Of a stretch of 64,000 bases of DNA, positions 18,991 through 27,242 are shown one piece after another. Every line of letters begins with the position of its first letter. The stretch's first letter is position 1. Source of the DNA: an uncultured delta proteobacterium (GTDB taxonomy: Bacteria > Desulfobacterota > Binatia > Binatales > Binataceae); assembly GCA_963842085.1 (NCBI GenBank), contig CAWJET010000002.1, positions 128,001 through 192,000 of the forward strand. Reading direction: 5' to 3'. The notes under the pieces were generated by a model. That model was given only the letters and a program-made list of their open reading frames with translations. It ran no database searches and had not been told where the DNA came from. The translations under genes and the position numbers were made by a program.

Positions 18991-20142
18991 TCAGATGCTC
19001 CGTGCCAGGCGTGCCTGAACCGCGGCCACGCCGGCGCCAAGTTGAATGTTTGCGCCGATCTGCTTGAGTCCCATCTCGAGCGCGCCGACCGCGATCAGCG
19101 TGTCGAACGGGCTCAGATGACCCATGTGTCCGATGCGCACGAGCTTGCCCTTCATCTGATCCTGGCCGCCCTGCACCGACACGCCCAGGCTGTCGCGCAG
19201 GAACTTGACCAGTTTGCCGCCGTCGAGACCTTCGGGCATCAGGATTCCGGTGACGCCGGGAGCGGGGTTGTCCGGCGACAGCAGCTTCAGCCCAAGCGCA
19301 GCGGCAGCGTCGCGAGTCGCCTCTGCCATCAGCGCGTGACGCGCGTAAACCTGCGGCAGGCCTTCAGCGTGAATCAGTTCGAGCGATTTGTTGAGGCCGA
19401 AGATCAGCGAAACGGCCGCGGTCCATGCGGTGGTATGCTCGTCGCGCTGCGCCTTCAATTCTTTGAGCAAATCAAAATAGAAGCGTGGCGTCTTGTTCTT
19501 CTGCGCGACCTCGATCGCGCGCGCCGACAGCGCGACCATTCCGAGTCCCGGCGGCAGCATGAGCGCCTTCTGGCTGCCCGTGACGAACGCGTCAACGCCC
19601 CATTCGTCCATCTTCTGTTCGAACACGCCGACCGACGTGATTCCATCCACGATCAGCATCGCGCCGCGCTTGCGACTGACCTCGCCGATCGCGGCCACCG
19701 GATGCACCGCGCAGGTGGACGTTTCGCTGGCCTGCACCAGCACGGCGCGCGACTCGGGATACGCCTTGAACGCATCCTCGATTTGCCCCGGCCGCGCGGC
19801 GCGGCCCCATTCGACGCGCACCTCGTGCCCAATCATGCCGAAGGCCGCGAGCAACTTGCCCCAGCGCTCGCCGAACTTGCCGCCGTTGACGTAAATCGCA
19901 TGCTCGCCCGGCTGCAGCAGGTTGATCACCGCCGCTTCCATCGCCCCGGTGCCGGTTGAGGCGAGCAGGATTACCTCGCTCGAGGTGCCATAGAGCGGCT
20001 TCATCCGATCGCGCGCTTGATCGAGAGCGGCGCTGAACTCGGGCGTGCGATGGTGAATGATCGGACGCGCCATCTCGAGCAAGACCTCGGGCGGCACCGG
20101 CGCCGGCCCGGGCGTGAACAGGTATTTCTTCATTTGCGGCAT
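18991..20142 (-). CDS. Class V aminotransferase (serine-glyoxylate type; probable phosphoserine aminotransferase)
   Basis: LFTPGP, HHRTPEF, TGTGAMEAA, ETST, GSQKALMLPPG, RIGHMG; directly upstream of serA. Confidence 0.88.
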   Translation of the reverse strand: MPQMKKYLFTPGPAPVPPEVLLEMARPIIHHRTPEFSAALDQARDRMKPLYGTSSEVILLASTGTGAMEAAVINLLQPGEHAIYVNGGKFGERWGKLLAAFGMIGHEVRVEWGRAARPGQIEDAFKAYPESRAVLVQASETSTCAVHPVAAIGEVSRKRGAMLIVDGITSVGVFEQKMDEWGVDAFVTGSQKALMLPPGLGMVALSARAIEVAQKNKTPRFYFDLLKELKAQRDEHTTAWTAAVSLIFGLNKSLELIHAEGLPQVYARHALMAEATRDAAAALGLKLLSPDNPAPGVTGILMPEGLDGGKLVKFLRDSLGVSVQGGQDQMKGKLVRIGHMGHLSPFDTLIAVGALEMGLKQIGANIQLGAGVAAVQARLARSI

Positions 20143-20159
20143 TTTTGACTATTCAATTT

Positions 20160-20305
20160 TTCACTGGGACACGGGCGATTTGCGCTGACAGCCAAAAAAA
20201 AGGCTGGTACCCGCGGATGCGGATTGCCAGGCCCCGATGTGTCCCGGCGTTGCCGGGCCCCCGTCCTCACCACTTGGGATAACGGAGCCGATAGGCAGAG
20301 TCAAG
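20160..20305 (-). promoter_or_regulatory. Putative sigma70 promoter plus structured 5' leader of the aminotransferase-serA-purA operon
   Basis: Minus strand TTGACT-17 nt-TATCCC; several inverted repeats in the leader. Confidence 0.4.
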
Positions 20306-20382
20306 TTGACCCGCGGCGCGCGACAATTTTCAGCCGACGTTGTAATGGCGCTGTGGCAATTGTTAAAGGTGATCACGTTCCG

Positions 20383-21420
20383 ATGCCGATAGAATGCGAA
20401 ATCCGCGACGGTTCCCTGGTCTGGATCAAAAATCCGATCACCGGGGTGATTTCATACGTTGTCGATGTTCGCGGCAAGAGCTTCGCGTTCACGCTCGGCG
20501 GCCGCGAAAGCGGCGATCCCGAGGCTCGGCACCTGAGCGCCGAGGCGATTCATCAGGCGACCGAGTTGTGTCCCTTCTGTCCGGGCAACGAGAATCTTAC
20601 GACGCGCGAGGTCTTTCGGCTTACACGCGCCGAAATGCCCGAATGGACCGGCGCGAGGACGGCCGATGGCGCGGATTGGGTCGTGCGCGTCATCAACAAC
20701 CTTTTCCCGCGAATTCCCGGTGAGCTTACTGGAAATCGCAACGAGTCGTACATCGTGGTCGAGGATCCGCGTCATTTTATCGATGCGCCCCGATCGCAGG
20801 CCGATTTGATGTTTACCGGCGCGCTGGGCGGCGCTCATTTCCTGCACTTGATCCAGGCCGATGCGCGCGTGATGCGGCTGGCGTTGCAGAATCCGGACGT
20901 GTGCTCGGTCGTGATCCGCAAGAACCAGGGGCGTGAGTCGGGCGCCTCGCAGCCGCATTTGCATCAGCAGATCATCGCGGCGCCGGAGCCGTTTCCGGTG
21001 GTACTCGCAGAGGCGCGCGCCGAGCGCGAGAATCCTCACCTGTGGCACGAGCTGGTCGCGCTGATGGAGCGGCTCAAGCTGGTGATCGATCGCGGTGACT
21101 CGGTGGTCAGCTATGCGAGCCCGATCGGCTTGTTCCCGCGCAGCTACGACGTCGTGATGCCAAACCATCGGGGACTGCTATCGGAGCTGGCGCCTGAGCA
21201 GATGCGGCATTTCGCAAATGCGATCTATCGCATCCTGATGATCCTCGGGCCATTGCCGCTCGACTATGAAATTCACCAGGGCGAGGGGCTGCCGCTGCAC
21301 GCGCATCTCAACGCGCGGCTGTACCCATATTCAAATGTCGCGGGAACGTTGAACTTGCCGAGCACGTTGCTGCAGAGCGCCGCCGCGATCCGCAACGCAC
21401 TGGGCCGGCATTCGGAGTGA
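20383..21420 (+). CDS. GalT-like (HIT superfamily) nucleotidyltransferase
   Basis: CPFCPGNE, VRVINNLFP, NQGRESGASQPHLHQQI (HxHxQ). Confidence 0.8.
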   Translation: MPIECEIRDGSLVWIKNPITGVISYVVDVRGKSFAFTLGGRESGDPEARHLSAEAIHQATELCPFCPGNENLTTREVFRLTRAEMPEWTGARTADGADWVVRVINNLFPRIPGELTGNRNESYIVVEDPRHFIDAPRSQADLMFTGALGGAHFLHLIQADARVMRLALQNPDVCSVVIRKNQGRESGASQPHLHQQIIAAPEPFPVVLAEARAERENPHLWHELVALMERLKLVIDRGDSVVSYASPIGLFPRSYDVVMPNHRGLLSELAPEQMRHFANAIYRILMILGPLPLDYEIHQGEGLPLHAHLNARLYPYSNVAGTLNLPSTLLQSAAAIRNALGRHSE

Positions 21421-21486
21421 TCGCGCGGCGTTGGACCGGAGCAGAATCCTGAGTCGCGCGCGAAAGAATCGCGCGCTGAATAAGGA

Positions 21487-21521
21487 CCCTCACCTTGATC
21501 CTCTCCCTGACAGGGAGAGGG
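21487..21521. repeat. REP-like palindrome, CCCTCACC..CCTCTCCC..GGGAGAGG type
   Basis: ccctcaccttgatcctctccctgacagggagaggg between convergent genes. Confidence 0.65.
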
Positions 21522-21548
21522 GAAGAAAGCAGCGGCGCTCTTTAGTTT

Positions 21549-21592
21549 GTCATCCTGACGGAGCGAGCGACGCGAGCGGAAGGAAGGATCTC
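21549..21592. repeat. REP-like element, GTCATCCTGA...GAAGGATCT type
   Basis: gtcatcctgacggagcgagcgacgcgagcggaaggaaggatctc. Confidence 0.6.
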
Positions 21593-21637
21593 GGACAGCT
21601 TCGGGCCAGCGAAGCCGGTACCGGTTCCCAATCGGCG

Positions 21638-22408
21638 CTACTGCGCCTTCCACACCGGCTTGCGCTTTTCCAGGAACGCGCGCACGCCTTCCTTGGCGTC
21701 GCTGCTCTCGCGCACGGAGCGCGCCATCTGCAGCATGTCGTCGTGCCACGCGTCGAACGTCTCGCTCATGCATCGGCGCACCGTCGCCTTCATCGCGCGC
21801 AGAGAGAGCGGGGCGTTGGCGGCGATCTTCTCGGCCAGCGCGGTCGTCGCCTCGCCGAGCTTCGCGTCGGCGACGACGTCATGAACGATATTCATGTGGC
21901 GGCTGCGCTCGGCGTCGAGCAGGTCCGCGGTGTAGAGAATCCAGGCGGTGTTGGCGGAGCCGCAAACCTCGATCAGCTTGCGCGTGAAATCGTACGGCAC
22001 CATCAAGCCGACGCGTCCGAGCGTCATCCCAAGTTTCGCATTGTCCGAGGCGATTCGAAGGTCGCAATGGAGCGCCAGTTCGAGTCCGCCGGCGAGCGCG
22101 GCGCCCTGGATAGCCGCGATGGTCGGCACGGGAAAGCGCTCCAATCGCCCGAAGACAGACTCGAGCGAAGTCGGGTTGTGACCGCCGGCCGCCTCGTCCA
22201 CTTCTTTCAGATCGATCCCCGCGCAAAAGCTCCCGCCTTCGCCGCGGATGAGCAGCGCGCGGATCTCGCGGTCACTCTCGAACTTGCGGAGTGCCTGGTC
22301 GAGCGCCTCGATCAACGGCTGATTGAGGGCGTTGCGCTTCTCGGGACGATTGAGCGTCAGCACCGCGTAGTTCGGCTGGCGTGTGACTTTGAGAACTTCC
22401 TCGGCCAT
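21638..22408 (-). CDS. Enoyl-CoA hydratase/isomerase family protein
   Basis: LTLNRPEKRNAL, FCAGIDL, AGGLELAL.CD.R, EGVRAFLEKRKP. Confidence 0.92.
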   Translation of the reverse strand: MAEEVLKVTRQPNYAVLTLNRPEKRNALNQPLIEALDQALRKFESDREIRALLIRGEGGSFCAGIDLKEVDEAAGGHNPTSLESVFGRLERFPVPTIAAIQGAALAGGLELALHCDLRIASDNAKLGMTLGRVGLMVPYDFTRKLIEVCGSANTAWILYTADLLDAERSRHMNIVHDVVADAKLGEATTALAEKIAANAPLSLRAMKATVRRCMSETFDAWHDDMLQMARSVRESSDAKEGVRAFLEKRKPVWKAQ

Positions 22409-22576
22409 GTCGTTCGCTCCTCGTTTGTCAGAATGCGTGTATCCGGGACGGAGCATCGCACGGGCCGCGCTCGTCCATCAAGGTTCCGCGCGCTCAGGGT
22501 CTCGGTACAATCCTGTTTATGCCCGTTCGGTGTTGATGTAGGCTGAGTCCATTGAGCACACGGAAGGGAGTTCTTC

Positions 22577-22825
22577 ATGCAGAATCGCTTCAACGTTCAA
22601 GTGACTTGGGATTCAGATGCTGAGATGTGGGTGGCAGACAGCGACGATATTCCTGGTTTAGCCGCGGAAGCTCCCGATGACAAGGCGCTTTGGAGGAAAC
22701 TCGAAACCCTGATTCCCGAGCTGCTTATTCTCAATCGCGTTCGCCTGAAGCCCAAGAAGGATATTGAGATCGTGCTCAGGTTCCATCCTCGGAAGGCGCG
22801 AATTCAGTCACCGAAAGCTGCGTAA
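22577..22825 (+). CDS. DUF1902/HicB-like antitoxin
   Basis: WD.DAEMWVA.SDDIPGLAAEA...L..LIPELL.LN; adjacent to hicA. Confidence 0.8.
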   Translation: MQNRFNVQVTWDSDAEMWVADSDDIPGLAAEAPDDKALWRKLETLIPELLILNRVRLKPKKDIEIVLRFHPRKARIQSPKAA

Positions 22826-23023
22826 ATGTCCAGCTACACGCCGCGCCTTAAGAAAATTCTTAAGCGTCACGGTTGTAGATACGATAGGCCGGGGAAAGGT
22901 GACCATGAAATCTGGTACAGCCCTATCAATGGTCACAAGTTTCCCGTCGATTCCAAAATCCGCTCGCGCGATATGGCAAATGTCGTCCTCAAGCAGGCTG
23001 GCATAAAAGAGCGGCTCGATTGA
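22826..23023 (+). CDS. hicA: HicA family mRNA interferase toxin
   Basis: LK.HGC...R.GKGDHEIWYSP...FPVD......AN.VLKQAG. Confidence 0.85.
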   Translation: MSSYTPRLKKILKRHGCRYDRPGKGDHEIWYSPINGHKFPVDSKIRSRDMANVVLKQAGIKERLD

Positions 23024-23136
23024 ATTTTGGTTTCCTGAGCCACTGCAACACGTCCGTCGCGCGTCCTTCAAGTGGCGCAGCGAATTCGCGTTTAATCGCG
23101 AATAACCACTGTGGTTGCTGGGGTTTTAGACGCGAA

Positions 23137-23152
23137 TGTTTCACGTGAAACG
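23137..23152. promoter_or_regulatory. parS site (ParB binding)
   Basis: TGTTTCACGTGAAACG, 15/16 match to consensus TGTTTCACGTGAAACA. Confidence 0.9.
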
Positions 23153-23202
23153 TTCGCCTTTTACAGGAAAGCGCCCCCAATTGCTGGCGTTTAAAGCGAA
23201 AA

Positions 23203-23218
23203 TGTTTCACGTGAAACG
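23203..23218. promoter_or_regulatory. parS site (ParB binding)
   Basis: TGTTTCACGTGAAACG, second copy 66 bp downstream. Confidence 0.9.
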
Positions 23219-23328
23219 TTTTGTTGGGGCAATAGAGTTCAGGAGAAAGGAACGCGAAACAATTTGTTAACAAGGAGGTCCGGTCACTCTCGCGCTTTCG
23301 TCCTTCACGGTTCGTGGCGAGCGACACG

Positions 23329-25764
23329 CTACGCGACGATGCTGAGCATTTTGTCTTTGATGAAGATGAACTTCTTGGGAGCGTTGCCGGCCAGGTGACG
23401 TTTGACTGCGTCGCTCTTTAGAGCGAGAGCGCGCACTTCGGATTCTGAGGTGCCGGCGGGGACCTCGAAGCGGTCGCGGACTTTGCCGTTTACCTGGATC
23501 ACTACTGTCACCATTTCGTCGAGCACTAGTTTCGGATCGAACTTGGGCCACGTGTCTAAGTGAATCGAAGAGGAGTGGCCGAGGGCGCGCCAGATTTCTT
23601 CGGTGACGTGCGGGGCCATTGGGGCTAGCAGAAGGATAAAAGATTCCGCGGGGAAACGGCCCAGCTCTTCGGGCTTTAGTTTTGCGAGGTGGTTCAGGTG
23701 ATCCATCATCGCGGCTAGCGCGGTGTTGAAGCGTAGGCGCTCGATATGATCGGTAACCAACTGGATTGTTTTGTGCGTGCGCTTGAGTGTTTCTTCGGTG
23801 GGGTTGCCGATGGGGGAACCGGCCTCGACGTAGCGGCGCATCATCGTCCATACGCGCTGGATGAATCTCAGCGTGCCGGCGACGCCGCTTTCGTTCCAGT
23901 TGGTCGATTCGTCGAAGGGGCTCATGAACAGCTCCCAGAGCCGAAGCGCGTCCGCGCCGTACTTTTCGATCATCGCGTCGGGCGTGACGACGTTGCCCTT
24001 GCTTTTCGACATCCGCTGGCCGTCACTCGCCCACACGACGCCCTGGTTGCGCAAGGCGGGGAACGGTTCGGCGAAACTGATCAGCTCGGAATCGAACATG
24101 ACCTTGGTCCACATCCGCGCGTATAGCAGATGCATCACGGCGTGCTCGGCGCCGCCGACGTAGAGATCGACCGGCAGCCAGTAATCGACGGCGCGGCGAT
24201 CGAACGGGCGCGTGTCTTCATGCGGCGACGCGAAGCGCAGGAAGTACCATGACGAGCAGGCGAAGCCGTCGAGCGTGTCGGTCTCGCGCTCGGCCGGGCC
24301 GCCGCATTTGGGGCAGGTCGTGTTGACGAACGACGGCACGTTGGCGAGCGGAGAGCGGCCAGTGCCCGACGGCAGGTAGTCTTTCATGGGAGGAAGCAGC
24401 ACGGGCAGTTGGTCTTCAGGCACCGGGACGATGCCGTCGGTCTTGCAGTAGACGATCGGAATCGGGCATCCCCAGTAGCGCTGACGCGAGATTAGCCAGT
24501 CGCGCATCCGGTAGTTGATAGTCGCGCGTCCGATTTTGTTCTGCTCAGCGTACTTTGCGACGGCCGCGATCGCTTCCGCCGTGGTCTTGCCGTTGATGAA
24601 GCCGGAGTTGATCGCGATGCCGGGCTCGCTGAATGCGCGATCAGGCGGTGGAGTGCTGCCGTCGGCGGGTGCGGTAACGCGCGGAATTTCGAGGCCATAT
24701 TTCGTAGCGAATTCGAAATCGCGCTGATCCTCGCCGGGCGCGGCCATGATTGCGCCGGTGCCGTAGCCCATCAGGACGTAGTCGGCGATCCAGATTGGAA
24801 TGTCCTTGTCGGTGAAGACGTTGTGTGCGTAGGCGCCGGTGAAGACGCCGGATTTCTCCTTCACCGTGGACATGCGCTCGATTTCGGTCTGGCGGCGCGC
24901 CTCGGCGACGTAGGCGTCGATCTTCGTGCGCTGAGCCGCGCTGGTTATTTCGGCGACGAGCGGATGCTCGGGCGCGAGCACCATGAACGATACGCCGAAG
25001 ACGGTGTCGGGCCGCGTCGTGAAGAAGCGGACTTCCTTATCGGCGTGACCTGTGACCGGGAAGGCGAGTTCCGCGCCTTCGCTGCGGCCGATCCAGTTGC
25101 GTTGCATCAGCTTGATCGGTTCGGGCCAGTCGATGCCGTCGAGGTCGGCGAGCAGTCGATCGGCGTAGTCGGTGATCTTGATGTACCACTGCTCGAGATC
25201 TTTCTTGCCGACCGGATTGTCGGTATGCCGCCAACAGCATCCGTTGACGACCTGTTCGTTGGCGAGCACGGTGCCGCACTTGTCGCACCACCATTGCGAG
25301 CCGGTCGCGCGGTAGGCGAGGCCGCGCTTGAGGAGCATCAGGAAGAACCACTGCGTCCACTTGTAGTACTCGGGCGAGGACGAATTGATCTCGCGCGACC
25401 AGTCGTAGGCGCATCCGGAGATCGTCAGTTGGCGTTTGAAGTTGGCGGCGTAGCGCGGGACGGTTTCGGTGGGATGCGAGCCTTTGAGGACCGCCTCGTT
25501 TTCCGCGGGCAGTCCGAACGCGTCCCATCCCATCGGGTGCAGAACGTTGAAGCCCGCCATCCGCTTGTAGCGGCCGACGACGTCGCACGGAACGTAGTTG
25601 TGCAGATGGCCGACGCTGAGGCCGGCGCCGGACGGGTAGGGGAACATCTCGAGGATGTAGAATTTGGGGCGGCCGGGGTCCTCGCGAGTAAGGTAGAGAC
25701 TGGTGCGTTGCCAATCGGCCTGCCAGAAGGGTTCGATTTTTTTCGGATCGTAGCGTTCGTCCAT
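23329..25764 (-). CDS. leuS: Leucine--tRNA ligase
   Basis: MFPYPSG, PMGWDAFGLPAEN, FTTRPDT, RDWLISRQRYWG.PIP, RMSKSKGN, VIQVNGKVR. Confidence 0.97.
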   Translation of the reverse strand: MDERYDPKKIEPFWQADWQRTSLYLTREDPGRPKFYILEMFPYPSGAGLSVGHLHNYVPCDVVGRYKRMAGFNVLHPMGWDAFGLPAENEAVLKGSHPTETVPRYAANFKRQLTISGCAYDWSREINSSSPEYYKWTQWFFLMLLKRGLAYRATGSQWWCDKCGTVLANEQVVNGCCWRHTDNPVGKKDLEQWYIKITDYADRLLADLDGIDWPEPIKLMQRNWIGRSEGAELAFPVTGHADKEVRFFTTRPDTVFGVSFMVLAPEHPLVAEITSAAQRTKIDAYVAEARRQTEIERMSTVKEKSGVFTGAYAHNVFTDKDIPIWIADYVLMGYGTGAIMAAPGEDQRDFEFATKYGLEIPRVTAPADGSTPPPDRAFSEPGIAINSGFINGKTTAEAIAAVAKYAEQNKIGRATINYRMRDWLISRQRYWGCPIPIVYCKTDGIVPVPEDQLPVLLPPMKDYLPSGTGRSPLANVPSFVNTTCPKCGGPAERETDTLDGFACSSWYFLRFASPHEDTRPFDRRAVDYWLPVDLYVGGAEHAVMHLLYARMWTKVMFDSELISFAEPFPALRNQGVVWASDGQRMSKSKGNVVTPDAMIEKYGADALRLWELFMSPFDESTNWNESGVAGTLRFIQRVWTMMRRYVEAGSPIGNPTEETLKRTHKTIQLVTDHIERLRFNTALAAMMDHLNHLAKLKPEELGRFPAESFILLLAPMAPHVTEEIWRALGHSSSIHLDTWPKFDPKLVLDEMVTVVIQVNGKVRDRFEVPAGTSESEVRALALKSDAVKRHLAGNAPKKFIFIKDKMLSIVA

Positions 25765-25832
25765 GCGGATGATCTCAGTCAGGCAAGTCTAGCGTGATGG
25801 TGGGAGGACAGGAAGGAAATCACTTAATCTAA

Positions 25833-25857
25833 CGTGAAACCCACCGTGGGTTTCACG
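25833..25857. repeat. Perfect 12-bp inverted repeat upstream of leuS
   Basis: CGTGAAACCCAC-C-GTGGGTTTCACG. Confidence 0.7.
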
Positions 25858-25866
25858 CTTCCTTGG

Positions 25867-25930
25867 GCAGGGGTGATCGCCCCCGGCGCATCCCCTGCAC
25901 CCAGTACCAGGAAAAAAGATGCGGGACTTC
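25867..25930 (+). repeat. Dispersed palindromic repeat, copy A
   Basis: gcagggg...cccctgcacccagtaccaggaaa...gacttc; similar to copies at 41369 and 42139. Confidence 0.65.
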
Positions 25931-25937
25931 GTCTCTG

Positions 25938-26471
25938 TTAGGAGGGTTTTTGGCTGAAGGCGCCGGCGTCGAGGGTGTAGAGGACGTGGGGGAGGTTGGC
26001 GTGCACGATGTCGCGATCGTAGGTGAACCCGCAACGCTCCATCACGGCGCGCGACGCCTTGTTGTGCGGCAGGGTGAAGGCGACGATTCGGTCGAGGTGC
26101 ATCTCGTCGAAGCCGAGCTTCAACGCGGCGATTGAGATTTCGGTGGCGAAGCCTTTGCCCCAATAGCCGGACCTGATCGCGTACGCGAGCTCGATCACGT
26201 CGCGGCCCTCGACCTCGGCGTGCTTGATTCCGCCGTAGCCGGCGAAGTCGCCGCCGGCTTGCTCGCGGAAGACCCAGAGGCCGAAGCCGTGCGATTTCCA
26301 GTGCTCGCCGGCGCTTTCCAGAAACGCGCGGCTCTGCTCTTCGCTGAAAGTCTGTCCATCGGCGGACAACGTGGCCATCACGCGCGGGTCGGCATGCAGA
26401 CGGCGAATATCGGCGAAATCGCCTGGACCGGCGGGCGTACCGATCAAGCGAGGAGTGCGGAGTTCGTTCAC
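25938..26471 (-). CDS. GNAT (RimJ/RimL-type) N-acetyltransferase
   Basis: LRTPRL, HGFGLW, ELAY....YWGKGFATE, N.ASRAVMERCGF. Confidence 0.88.
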   Translation of the reverse strand: MNELRTPRLIGTPAGPGDFADIRRLHADPRVMATLSADGQTFSEEQSRAFLESAGEHWKSHGFGLWVFREQAGGDFAGYGGIKHAEVEGRDVIELAYAIRSGYWGKGFATEISIAALKLGFDEMHLDRIVAFTLPHNKASRAVMERCGFTYDRDIVHANLPHVLYTLDAGAFSQKPS

Positions 26472-26484
26472 GCGGACCGCGCGG

Positions 26485-27147
26485 CTACTTCTTGCGCACG
26501 ATGGTGAGGCCGTCGGCGATGCCGAGCATCACGGCCTCGACGCGCGTGTCGCTGGCGATGAAATCATTGAGCTTGCGAAGCGCCAGCGTGTCCGCTTCCT
26601 GCTTCGTTTCGTCGATGATCGCGCCGTTCCACAGCACGTTGTCGATGAGGATGAGTCCGCTCGGGCGCAGCCGCTTCAGAATTTCCTCGTAGTAGATCGC
26701 GTAGCTGGTCTTGTCGGCGTCGATAAAGGCGAAGTCAAAGGTATGCGAAGCGGGTAGCGCCTTCAGCGTGTCGGCGGCCGGCCCCAACTTGAGCGTGATC
26801 TTGTTCGCGACGCCCGCCCGCTCCCAGTAGCGGTGCCCGACGCTGGTCCATTGTTCGTTCACGTCGCAGCACAGCAGCCGGCCGTCGGCGGGCAACGCGC
26901 GCGCCACGCAGAGGGCGCTGTAGCCGGTAAATGTGCCGACCTCGACCGCGGAGCGCGCACCGATCGCGCCGGCGAGGATCGCCATGAGGGTGCCCTGCTC
27001 GGCGGCAATCTGCATTGCGCTGATCCATCCCAATTTTGCGGTTTCAGCGGCCAATTCGGCGCGGAGCGGATCGCCGTTGTGCCCGTGCGCAACCAGATAA
27101 TCGTAGAGTTTGGGAGTGAGGGTGATGAATTTAGGATGTTCTGCCAT
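26485..27147 (-). CDS. SAM-dependent O-methyltransferase (caffeoyl-CoA OMT-like)
   Basis: EVGTFTGYSAL, FDFAFIDADK, LIDNVLWNG, DGLT. Confidence 0.92.
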   Translation of the reverse strand: MAEHPKFITLTPKLYDYLVAHGHNGDPLRAELAAETAKLGWISAMQIAAEQGTLMAILAGAIGARSAVEVGTFTGYSALCVARALPADGRLLCCDVNEQWTSVGHRYWERAGVANKITLKLGPAADTLKALPASHTFDFAFIDADKTSYAIYYEEILKRLRPSGLILIDNVLWNGAIIDETKQEADTLALRKLNDFIASDTRVEAVMLGIADGLTIVRKK

Positions 27148-27242
27148 GCCCCTAAAATGGCAGGAAGCGAGCGGGCAGAAAAGCGTGGTTCGACTCCCGG
27201 GAAGCGCGGGACGCCGAGACGCCCTATCGATGGAAGATCTTC

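Noticed and set aside
21431-22546. 371-aa plus-strand ORF
   Set aside because: Runs through REP elements and antisense to the enoyl-CoA hydratase.
23110-23225. 66-bp-period repeat as a mini CRISPR array
   Set aside because: Only two units, the core is parS, and there are no cas genes.
27160-27215. GGTTCGACTCCC tRNA T-loop-like string
   Set aside because: No T-stem pairing or cloverleaf, and no CCA/acceptor stem.
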